Source of the DNA: Ignavibacteriota bacterium
GTDB lineage: Bacteria; Bacteroidota; Ignavibacteria; UBA10030; CAVZMI01
Length of the DNA: 64,000 nucleotides
Direction: 5' to 3'
NCBI GenBank assembly: GCA_963776275.1
Contig: CAVZMI010000023.1
Coordinates: 128,001 to 192,000 of the forward strand
Of the stretch, positions 9,467 to 18,201 are shown one piece after another. The notes beneath the pieces are model-generated. The model did no database searches. It saw only the letters and a list, made by a program, of their open reading frames with translations, and had not been told where the DNA came from. Numbering within the stretch: position 1 is the first letter of the stretch; each line of letters begins with the position of its first letter. Both the position numbers and the translations under genes were made by a program.

Positions 9467-10711
9467 ATGAAAAACTTACGAGACTCAAAACTTTTCATCC
9501 CCGCTGTGGTTGTGGCCGCATTGATTATCGGAGGATTATTATTTTATGGCTTATATAAGGTATATATAAGCTATCGGATGCAACACCAGCCCAATATGCG
9601 GATCGTTCTCGAGGTTAATATCCCCATGTTTCTTGAAAGCCAGGCAAAGAATAGCGATGAACCTTTTTCATCTCTATTCAAAGAAATAAAACAGGAAGCG
9701 GAGAGTAATCAAGATTCCGATATAGTGCAGATATTAAAAAGGAAGTTCCAGGAGAAACAAATCCGCATGAGCCGGTATTATGGCTCTATAAGCGACAGCG
9801 ACGATGATATCACCAGAGAGCTACGTATTCAATCAGATGCCGTGGTTGATCGCGATGTAGATATCATCCGCAAGCGGTTGGATCAGTACGGTGTCTATGA
9901 GCCATCCGTTCAGAAAATGGGTCTCAACAGAATCATTGTCAAACTTCCCGTGGCATCGGTGGATGAACATTCCCAGTCGACGATTCGAAGTCTGTTTAAT
10001 ACCGCGTGTCTCGAATTCAAGCTTCTTAAAGACCCTGAAATATCCTATAAGATAATGACGACACTCGATAGATTCCTTGCCGGAAAAGGAATTAACGACT
10101 CGCTGGAAGTCGCCGTTTCCGACAGAATCGCCATGTCTCAGGGCGATACGGCACTGCTTGCAAAATACCATCCTTTCCTCATCATCGCCAGGCCCGATTC
10201 TCACGGTTCAGGAACCGCGTACGTTGCCGAGGACGACAGGGCAAAAATCAATAGAATTCTGAGCCGGGAAGATGTGAAGCTCCTTGTCCCGGATGATGTT
10301 CAGTTCCTCTGGAGCAATAAACCAGCGTTCAACCGTCAGGATGGCCGCCGTTATTACGAACTATTTACAGTAAAGGCAACTCCGGAGCTTACAGGCGGCG
10401 TCATCGTGAATGCTCGCGCTGTCATGGGTGATTCCAGACAACCTGAAGTTACTATGGAAATGAACAGTGAGGGTGCCCGTGAATGGGCCCGCATCACAGG
10501 CGCCAATATCAATAAATGTATGGCAATTATCCTTGATAGCGCAGTATATTCAGCACCGCGCATTTTATCAAAAATAACTGGAGGACGTTCACAGATCACC
10601 GGAATGCAAAGCATCGAAGAGGCAAAAATCCTTGAAATTGTTCTGAAAGAGGGGGCGATTCCTGCACGTCTGGAAATTATCAAGCAGGAAATCGTTGAAC
10701 CTGGAAAATAA
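9467..10711 (+). CDS. Stand-alone SecD periplasmic (P1) domain protein lacking the C-terminal TM helices
   Basis: IIRKRLDQYGVYEP.VQ, ELTGG.I..A, W.RITGANI...AIILD..VYSAP.I...I.GG...ITG; stops at the AIPARLEII..EIV.P position. Confidence 0.8.
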   Translation: MKNLRDSKLFIPAVVVAALIIGGLLFYGLYKVYISYRMQHQPNMRIVLEVNIPMFLESQAKNSDEPFSSLFKEIKQEAESNQDSDIVQILKRKFQEKQIRMSRYYGSISDSDDDITRELRIQSDAVVDRDVDIIRKRLDQYGVYEPSVQKMGLNRIIVKLPVASVDEHSQSTIRSLFNTACLEFKLLKDPEISYKIMTTLDRFLAGKGINDSLEVAVSDRIAMSQGDTALLAKYHPFLIIARPDSHGSGTAYVAEDDRAKINRILSREDVKLLVPDDVQFLWSNKPAFNRQDGRRYYELFTVKATPELTGGVIVNARAVMGDSRQPEVTMEMNSEGAREWARITGANINKCMAIILDSAVYSAPRILSKITGGRSQITGMQSIEEAKILEIVLKEGAIPARLEIIKQEIVEPGK

Positions 10712-10951
10712 TGGCATTCCTCCAACGACTCTAAACAGTGTCCTAAGGGTCACCGAAGGGTGGCGAAAACATGACAACAGGGTGAAGAAATAGTTACAAC
10801 ACGGCATCCCCTTTGCCTATCGAGGATTCGCGCAGGTAGTTCGTCAACCTCCCTATTTGTTATTTCCAATTATTTGTATAATATTCATGTATTGATGGAA
10901 ATAATTGTATCAGGTCGTTACTATTTAAAACCAAAATACAATGGAGGTAAT

Positions 10952-11833
10952 ATGAAAAAAATACTATCCTATGCATTTTCTGCATGCATGCTGATTCTTA
11001 CGCCATGCTCCTTTCTTTACTCACAAATAAACCCCAATGGCGGATTTGAAACCGGATCACCAGGCGAGCATTCAGGTTCAGATGTTGCAGGATGGACAAT
11101 GCTCACCGGCGGCACTGCATCGGCTGTGTTTGAGATTGTAAATGATGCAGGACTTGCTCATTCCGGCAACCAGGCGTTGAGAGTTACAGTGAATGCGATT
11201 GGAAGCAATGCTTGGGAACCACAAGTCTTTAATACTGATTTTCCTGTTACATCGAACACGAAATATGAAGTCTCTGCCTGGGTAGCATCGGAAGTTGAGG
11301 GTGTCGAGATTATTGTCACTGCAGGCAGTTTGAGTCCAAATTATCACGAATGGGGCAGAAAAAGTACCGGTCCCTTAGGTCTTCTTAGCTGGACGCATAT
11401 TACATTTCAATTTACGACAAGAAATCCGGAATCGGAACCAAGAGGAGGTATTCCGATTCACTTTGGTGTAGCAGCTAATAATCAATTTCTTCCGTTTGTG
11501 GTTTATTTGGATGATATAGAAGTCACAAATCTTTCGACCGGAGTTGATGATCAAATATCATCTTTGCCGAAGACATATTCATTGTCACAAAACTATCCGA
11601 ATCCATTTAATCCAAGTACCACAATACAATTCTCACTCCCAAAGGCATCATATGTAACGCTAAATATTTATAACTCTATTGGACAAGAAGTCGCTCAACT
11701 TGTGTCGAAGCAAATGAATCCCGGTACTTATTCAACAGAATGGAATGCATCAGGTTTTGCAAGCGGTGTATACTATTATCGACTAGAGGCTGGCAGTTAC
11801 GTTGAGACAAAGAAACTTGTCTTACTACGCTGA
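10952..11833 (+). CDS. CBM4/9-like carbohydrate-binding secreted protein with T9SS CTD
   Basis: GGAGG RBS, signal peptide, NGGFE..., AHSG..AL, YLDDI, CTD. Confidence 0.8.
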   Translation: MKKILSYAFSACMLILTPCSFLYSQINPNGGFETGSPGEHSGSDVAGWTMLTGGTASAVFEIVNDAGLAHSGNQALRVTVNAIGSNAWEPQVFNTDFPVTSNTKYEVSAWVASEVEGVEIIVTAGSLSPNYHEWGRKSTGPLGLLSWTHITFQFTTRNPESEPRGGIPIHFGVAANNQFLPFVVYLDDIEVTNLSTGVDDQISSLPKTYSLSQNYPNPFNPSTTIQFSLPKASYVTLNIYNSIGQEVAQLVSKQMNPGTYSTEWNASGFASGVYYYRLEAGSYVETKKLVLLR

Positions 11834-11864
11834 AAGAACGGTACATTTTCAGATCAAATCGAAC

Positions 11865-11933
11865 TGATCTGCCCCAAGGGATCCAAAGTATCATGGATTA
11901 AAGTCGGCAATGGGTAAAAAACGACACAGTCAG
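11865..11933 (+). mobile_element. Repeat A copy 3: IS3-family left end with orfA start MGKKRHSQ
   Basis: TGATCTGCCCC..GATCCAAAGTATCATGGATT...ATGGGTAAAAAACGACACAGT. Confidence 0.6.
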
Positions 11934-12111
11934 GTGGCCAATGCTTGATAATGAAAAAAAACTAACTTATCATTGGTACATAAAACGGGAGCAGATCACC
12001 AGAGATTAGCTGGCATACGAAACAACATTTTACCACCTGACTCAAAGCCCCTGTGAATTACTACCATAGAGACAATACTCAATTTTTCATAACAATTAAT
12101 CCTTCTCAACC

Positions 12112-12645
12112 ATGGCACACAACAGGTTTTTCGGACTGAAGAACAATTTGATTTATAAATCTTTTCTGATTCTTTCATTGATTCTTAATTCATCCTCTTT
12201 GTCTGCTCAGTCTCCGACAAATTTCTCAGGAAAATGGGCATTTGATAAGTCTAGAAGTAATCCTGGACAAGGAGGATTATTTCTGGATGGCGATAGAATC
12301 CTTGAAATTACTCAGAATTCTACCTCGATAATATTTGCAGAAACCCTGATTCGCGAGGGTGACGAAGATATTAAAAATGTTGACACATTCAACTTTGATG
12401 GGAAAGAGAAAATTGTGAAGGGAGATTTTGGAACGACAAAAAATACTTTAAAATGGTCAGAAGACAAAAAGATACTTACGGTAACAACTATAATGACGAC
12501 CGTCTCTAAAGGAATTTCAGAGGATTACCTTGTCGCTGATTCTTACAAACTATCTAACGATGGACGTACTTTGACAATTGAATCGTATTCTAAAAATCGG
12601 GCGACCGGAGAAAGAACAATCACAATGGTATACAATAAAAAATAA
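12112..12645 (+). CDS. Hypothetical secreted beta-barrel (lipocalin-like) protein
   Basis: Signal peptide, NFSGKW.FDKS.S, Y.LS.DG.TLTI, VY.K. Confidence 0.7.
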   Translation: MAHNRFFGLKNNLIYKSFLILSLILNSSSLSAQSPTNFSGKWAFDKSRSNPGQGGLFLDGDRILEITQNSTSIIFAETLIREGDEDIKNVDTFNFDGKEKIVKGDFGTTKNTLKWSEDKKILTVTTIMTTVSKGISEDYLVADSYKLSNDGRTLTIESYSKNRATGERTITMVYNKK

Positions 12646-12733
12646 AATAACCTGGATCTCGAGCAAAATAAAATACACCAGCTAATACAGATAATATAGT
12701 AAACACACTTGCCACAGTTTTTTACATCCAGCA

Positions 12734-12866
12734 TTGATTCCATCATTTTAATCCATACATGTACGCTTCAGAGTTGCTTCTACTTCGATCTAAAGCCCGG
12801 GCGGCATCACGAATTCAGGAGGGGCTGGCATTTTCTATAATATTTTTATTGGATAAATATATCGCC
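12734..12866 (+). repeat. Repeat D copy 3 (tail contains TATAAT)
   Basis: Matches 6242-6370. Confidence 0.85.
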
Positions 12867-12958
12867 CTAGAGGCGGCATCCTTATGAATAATTACCATTC
12901 CACAAACATCGTAAAAAGATAAACGATTACGATTGGTGAAAAGACATTCGTCCGTAAT

Positions 12959-13153
12959 TTGCCAAAGCCGTTTACTCACGCAGTTATCGGGCATAAAGCG
13001 GGTAAGGAGATTGAGTGCGTGAAGTGGTGCGCTTCAGCTGAGTTAGCACAGGAACAAGCTGAGATTCATACACAGGCAGGATATGTGGACATGCAGATTC
13101 TACAGTTTGAGATATCGAAATATGTCAAGGAGTATGTGCCTGGGAAATCCTAA
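12959..13153 (+). CDS. Small hypothetical protein
   Basis: 64-aa ORF on the array strand; no motif recognised. Confidence 0.35.
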   Translation: MPKPFTHAVIGHKAGKEIECVKWCASAELAQEQAEIHTQAGYVDMQILQFEISKYVKEYVPGKS

Positions 13154-14150
13154 TCGATCAGTTATGTCTATTGAGGCATTTGCTAAAAATATTTGGTCTG
13201 TAACAACCTCATATATCCCAATCGGTATCCACCAATCATTGATGATGGCTAGCCATAATAAACCCAAAAAACCTGTAAGGAATCCTGTGGTTTATGTTCT
13301 CCCGAAGAAAGGGCCAGGATATCCAAAGGAAGAACAGATGCCCAGAGTTCAAGAGGAACTAGAACTCACGGTAGGAAAAAAATTTGTCGGTGCGCTCAAA
13401 CATTTTAAAGGTATTGAATTGCACGATCTGCATCATGGTCCTGAACCAGCAGATTTGATTTGTCAAACGGCGGAAGGGGATCAAATTGCGATACAAGTAG
13501 TTGAGGTGGTTGATCTACAACTGCGTCAAGTTGATGACATGCGAGCATCCTACCGAAATGCTTTAGTAAAAACCTTAGATAAAAATCTGCTACTATACAA
13601 TGGATGCCGGGTCACATTGTGCGACAGTGGAGAGCCACCTTATCTTCCAAAGGTCAGCACACCACAAGGACAGGTCTGTCTAATGAGGATTGCTCATTCA
13701 ATATTGGAGATGGCGAAAGGTGTTGATACGCTCGATATCGGTGGATATAAAGGAATACGGGTAAAAATATTTAATCCTAAACGCTCAATAAGTATTGGAG
13801 TGGAACGTGTTATTCCAGCTGCCGACCCAGTGCGATTAGAGTTTACATGGACTGGTGGCGGTCCAGCATATTACTCTGATAAATCACGTGGATTGCTTAC
13901 TAGAGCGGTGCAAACAAAATTAGCAAAGCATTATGTGAAGCCTAATATCGGAAAGTTTATTCTGTTGCTCTATTCGATAGACTTCTCCTTAGAGATGGAT
14001 GAGTTAGATCTTCGTGATGCAAGGCAATTACTCAATTCAGCCAAACACCCATTTGATGACGTTTGGTTCATCTATTTATATCCTCAAGAGGAGTTAGGAG
14101 CGCTCACACTTATTTGGCCACTCAAGGATAAAGAGATTATGATAGTCTGA
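13083..14150 (+). CDS. Hypothetical protein, possible PD-(D/E)xK-like fold (true start probably ~13240)
   Basis: PEPADLIC...IAIQVVE; C-terminal K..KHY....LLLYS, FDDVWF. Confidence 0.6.
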   Translation: MWTCRFYSLRYRNMSRSMCLGNPNRSVMSIEAFAKNIWSVTTSYIPIGIHQSLMMASHNKPKKPVRNPVVYVLPKKGPGYPKEEQMPRVQEELELTVGKKFVGALKHFKGIELHDLHHGPEPADLICQTAEGDQIAIQVVEVVDLQLRQVDDMRASYRNALVKTLDKNLLLYNGCRVTLCDSGEPPYLPKVSTPQGQVCLMRIAHSILEMAKGVDTLDIGGYKGIRVKIFNPKRSISIGVERVIPAADPVRLEFTWTGGGPAYYSDKSRGLLTRAVQTKLAKHYVKPNIGKFILLLYSIDFSLEMDELDLRDARQLLNSAKHPFDDVWFIYLYPQEELGALTLIWPLKDKEIMIV

Positions 14151-14166
14151 ATGAAAGAAATTTATC

Positions 14167-14397
14167 ATGAAAAAGAACATTCACGTTGTTCCAGACGATG
14201 GAAAATAGTCAGTGAAAAAGGAAGGTAAATCAACTCCGATATCTACTCACCGAACCCAGGAATTGGCACGCCATAATGCAGTGCCACTAGCAAAGCAGAA
14301 CGAATCAGAAGTGGTCATCCATGGAAAAGACGGAAAGATTCGCGACAAGGATAGCTATGGGAATGATCCGAATCCGCCGAAGGATAAAAAACACTGA
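14167..14397 (+). pseudogene. DUF2188-family protein with a premature TAG
   Basis: MKKNIHVVPDDGK*SVKKEG...EVVIHGKDGKIRDKDSYGNDP; TAG at 14206 where the family has Trp. Confidence 0.75.
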
Positions 14398-14428
14398 GGA
14401 CTAGCGATTATTATTGAAAGGAGACAGT

Positions 14429-14851
14429 ATGGCAGACTGTGAGATCGACCTGAACAGATTAGATGAACTTATAGCAAGTCGGGGGCTCATTGGTCTCAAG
14501 GCTTTGCTGAACCAGGCTCGAAACGCTATCAGTTCTGGTGGAAGAGTTATTGTACAACGCACCTATATAAATGTGCCACCAGATGTCGAAAAGGTGATTA
14601 CACACTTAGATGATCTCGAAACTTGGAGAAAAATAATTACTCCTATTCCTCTAAAAGTTTTCCTGTGTCCTCTTTGTAATAAATCTCTTACCATAATGGA
14701 TGAGGAAGAGTCTAAAGCTTACAGATTAAAATGTTATGATCCCCCCGGATGTGGGTCCATTTATATATTGGCTATGGGGATTCCTCTCAGACTGATGAAA
14801 CTCGATGTCGACGGTGGGCCAGAAATACCATATCCAGCAAATGAGCAATGA
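14429..14851 (+). CDS. Hypothetical protein with a C-terminal Zn ribbon
   Basis: AAGGAG RBS; CPLC...C.....C. Confidence 0.6.
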   Translation: MADCEIDLNRLDELIASRGLIGLKALLNQARNAISSGGRVIVQRTYINVPPDVEKVITHLDDLETWRKIITPIPLKVFLCPLCNKSLTIMDEEESKAYRLKCYDPPGCGSIYILAMGIPLRLMKLDVDGGPEIPYPANEQ

Positions 14852-14924
14852 GTATATACCACATTGATTTAAGCTGAGCAATCCCGATTAACCAATGATG
14901 AAGATATAGTTATCCGCCTCCCGT

Positions 14925-15240
14925 TCGGCAGCTCTAGTTATTAGTTATTATGGTTGCCGTTTGATTATTAGTAGCTGTTTGCTTACTTTCAATTGTTCCT
15001 ACGAAATACATCCGACAACCAGCGTTGTAGTGAGTCATAGATAGAGATTCAGATATTCGAGCAAGATATTAATCACAACTAATCATTGCCGCAGTCCGAT
15101 CCCGCTTATGCGGGATCGAGATCTCGTCCCGACTTCCCTCGACCCGCCTTCGGCGGGCTCGGGACAGGTCGTCGGGACGGACTTATTTATCCGCCGGAGT
15201 GTTATTTACGTAGGCGGAGCGGCCATCCGTTAGGCGGCCA
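14925..15240 (+). repeat. Repeat C copy 4 plus repeat B inserted in the attC L' box, R' GTTAGGC at 15229
   Basis: ...TGCCGCAG[B 15093-15218]AGCGGCCATCCGTTAGGCGG. Confidence 0.8.
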
Positions 15241-15262
15241 ACCTAAAACGAGGATTCAAACA

Positions 15263-15838
15263 ATGGATATACCTTACTTCAATGGTCTTTCATGGAAGGA
15301 TCTCTCGCGTGATGAGCGATTCTATTGTTTTTGTCTTTATCAAAATGCACAAGACAGTCCCAGGCAATTTGCGGAATTGGTAGCAGAGAAGGCTGGTTTG
15401 AACATCGAATCGACAGATGATTGGGACATCGCTGTTGAAGTGTGTTTTTATCGAGACTATTTGTGGCACAAAGGGAAACCTGTTCATGGTTCGGGTTTCT
15501 CTCCCAAACGCACCTTCGACCTTTGCTTGTTCAGTCCAAACACTATCATCATCATTGAAGCAAAGGTTGATCAGCCATTTGACGCCGAGCAAAATAAAGT
15601 TTTTGCAGAAGACGCAAAGAAAATTCGCAAATTGCTCAAGAATGAAACGATCAAGATTTATTTGGTTGCTTTAGCATCCTCAAAATATTTCAGGGCTGAT
15701 ACGAATAACGGTAACGGAAATTCGCTACTTCCATTTGACGGGCACATTTCGTGGTCTGACATGTACCAAAAATATGGAAATGCAATCTTGAGTCAAGCCG
15801 AGAATTTGTATGGATCGGATGTGCGCAAACTCACTTGA
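15263..15838 (+). CDS. PD-(D/E)xK nuclease-family protein
   Basis: AGGA RBS; RTFDLCLF...IIIIEAK motif. Confidence 0.7.
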   Translation: MDIPYFNGLSWKDLSRDERFYCFCLYQNAQDSPRQFAELVAEKAGLNIESTDDWDIAVEVCFYRDYLWHKGKPVHGSGFSPKRTFDLCLFSPNTIIIIEAKVDQPFDAEQNKVFAEDAKKIRKLLKNETIKIYLVALASSKYFRADTNNGNGNSLLPFDGHISWSDMYQKYGNAILSQAENLYGSDVRKLT

Positions 15839-15877
15839 TGGATTGCCGCACGTTAACACTATCCAGAAGGTGCCATA

Positions 15878-16405
15878 ATGGATATTTATGAAGAGCAGGA
15901 ATGCCAAGATAGTATATTCAAAATAAATTCATTATTGAATTGTAGCATTTTCGATGTTGTTAATTCTGGCAATATATTACAATCCGCTGCTTTCATTGAG
16001 TTAATAATATGTCTTCGTGACCTTCTGCATAAGACGGAAAAGTACGCGAAGCGCATCTCGTTTACCGACGACATCATAATGAATGAATATGTTCATGATA
16101 TAACCGATGCTGTCACTGCTACTCGGGATGCTTGTTGCCATCTCGATTCTTTCAAGCGGGTATTTGATGACCAGGGAAATAGAGGATCTTTTAACGTTAT
16201 CTATGGCAAAGGCTATTTCGCTAAGTTTGGTGATGTGGAAATGAAGTCCGAGTATGAGGACGATACTGCTGTCTATTACGGTAAGAATCGTCTTTATATC
16301 AAACGTCACATTGTTCGGGCCTTTAGAGAAGCTACAACTCTTCTCATGCCGATTCTTACAGGAAAGGATATTAATAATGGCACACCTGCTGACTGCTCAA
16401 TCTGA
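15878..16405 (+). CDS. Putative HEPN-like protein
   Basis: Helical N-terminal half with RxxxxH motif (RDACCH). Confidence 0.55.
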   Translation: MDIYEEQECQDSIFKINSLLNCSIFDVVNSGNILQSAAFIELIICLRDLLHKTEKYAKRISFTDDIIMNEYVHDITDAVTATRDACCHLDSFKRVFDDQGNRGSFNVIYGKGYFAKFGDVEMKSEYEDDTAVYYGKNRLYIKRHIVRAFREATTLLMPILTGKDINNGTPADCSI

Positions 16406-16433
16406 CAAGTGTAAACTGCAGGTCCTCATAAAT

Positions 16434-16725
16434 CTGGTTCCATCACTTTAATCCATACATCGAGGCTCCAGAGTTGCTTCTACTTCGATCTAAAGCCGGG
16501 CGGCATCGGACATTTTTTGTTGGGAAAAAAGCGGATTTATGGGCAAAAGGTTAGGGCTGCCGTTTGATTCTTAGCAGCTGATTGCTTACTTTCAATTGTT
16601 CACCCAAAGATACATCCGACAACCGGCGTTGTATTGAGTCATAGATAGAGATTCAGCTTTTTTGATCCAGATATTTGGGCGACGTGGTAATCAAACTGAT
16701 CAAGGCGACATCTTAGCCGAAATCC
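16434..16725 (+). repeat. Repeat D copy 4 fused to repeat C copy 5 (attC right arm truncated before R')
   Basis: D 16434-16550, then GTTAGGGCTGCCG...GCGACATCTTAGCCGAAATCC. Confidence 0.8.
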
Positions 16726-16900
16726 CTCTTACTGCACATTAGAGCAAGATATTATATTTTCAAAAAGTGCAAAAGGGTAGTTAGTAGAAATTGCATAAAT
16801 GATATATACGCTAAATATAATTTCTCTTTTTTAGTGGTCATAATAAAGTTGTCTATTGGGGAGAAGAACTATTGTGAATATTTGAAGGAGGAACTGTATT

Positions 16901-18199
16901 ATGGAAACAATAACTGGGAAACTATTAACATATACTAAATGGATTGTAATCACTCTAATTGTACTAGCAATTATCATCACTGCATGGAACTTCTTTTTAA
17001 TAAAGGCAACATACGATTATATCTTTCAATATCTTGCTTCCAGTATTGGATTAAATATTTGGTTAATTAGGATAATATCAATTGCATTTAGTCTGTTGGT
17101 TCTTATTTATGGAATAAAATGGTTATGGAGAGTATTATCACCGTCACCGTTAATTAAGTCGAAAGAAAGAAATAATGCTCTTCTAGGCTTGAGTGCTTTA
17201 TTAATATTATTTTGCTTAATGATGTGGTTTTTTACAAAGAATGACATTTATAATAAAATTGGGGAAGCCCAAAAATGTTATGCGGCAACACCCGATGGTT
17301 ATGAATATGTTGATTGCAGTTATAAAGTTCACCCGATCTATGGAACAGAGGTAAAACATGTGACCCCTGAAATTGCGATTATTATTGAAGACAAAAGAAT
17401 ATCTGAAGTGACGAGAATCGTGCCTAATAGAAATTTTAGATTTTTCTCTCCAGATGGCCGATCACTAATTTATTACTATAAGCGTCCTAACGAGAAACTT
17501 GAGTTTTTCTTTCAACCTGGTAGGCATCCTCAATTTAATGAAGAGTTACTGCCCATTACTCCAGAGATTGTGAAACAACTGTTTGAATACTACGAAAATG
17601 GAAAAGACTCAATGATTATCGGGAATGATATTAAGGATAATATTTTGAAAGCTCAAAAAGAATTTGAAACGAAATATAATGAAAATAGTATTAAACAAGG
17701 GACACAAGTCGATATTTATGAATCTTACATTAACCCATCAATAACAAACTCTGGTACGAGTACAGATGTGTCTGTAACTATTGTTGATGAGAATGGTAAT
17801 AATATTGCTTCTGTTTCGAGTGCTATTGCTAATGTTTACAATCAGACTGGGAAAAAAGGGAATACAGGCTTGTTGAGAAGCTCATTTATTCATAAAGCAG
17901 GATTCCAAGAATTGTATGAAGGCAACTCTGATATAATTACAAAATTAAAATTAAGTAGCCACACTGATTATTTGGCAATTGGCAAAATTAAATACTCGAT
18001 GCGACAGGGAACATTGGTTGAAGGGACAATAATTTGTACCGTTTCCCTTGCCATGAACATAATATCAGTTAATAGCAAAACACTAACTAAGAGCTTTTCA
18101 TTTTCAGTTAATGGTAATGGGGCAACAGAATTCCAAGCGAAAGAAGAAGCGGATAAAATACTGGTGAACGTGTATTACAACGAATATTCATCATTATAA
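16901..18199 (+). CDS. Hypothetical membrane protein (3 N-terminal TMs plus a large soluble domain)
   Basis: AAGGAGG RBS; hydrophobic segments; AT-rich. Confidence 0.75.
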   Translation: METITGKLLTYTKWIVITLIVLAIIITAWNFFLIKATYDYIFQYLASSIGLNIWLIRIISIAFSLLVLIYGIKWLWRVLSPSPLIKSKERNNALLGLSALLILFCLMMWFFTKNDIYNKIGEAQKCYAATPDGYEYVDCSYKVHPIYGTEVKHVTPEIAIIIEDKRISEVTRIVPNRNFRFFSPDGRSLIYYYKRPNEKLEFFFQPGRHPQFNEELLPITPEIVKQLFEYYENGKDSMIIGNDIKDNILKAQKEFETKYNENSIKQGTQVDIYESYINPSITNSGTSTDVSVTIVDENGNNIASVSSAIANVYNQTGKKGNTGLLRSSFIHKAGFQELYEGNSDIITKLKLSSHTDYLAIGKIKYSMRQGTLVEGTIICTVSLAMNIISVNSKTLTKSFSFSVNGNGATEFQAKEEADKILVNVYYNEYSSL

Positions 18200-18201
18200 G
18201 G

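Noticed and set aside
11893-11904. 12-bp match ATGGATTAAAGT between repeat A copy 3 and the reverse strand of repeat D
   Set aside because: Present in only one A copy and too short to imply a relationship.
2104-14397. Genome-wide stop-codon reassignment
   Set aside because: TGA and TAG terminate core genes normally (e.g. rsmB and kbl with TGA; rpmE and recA with TAG).
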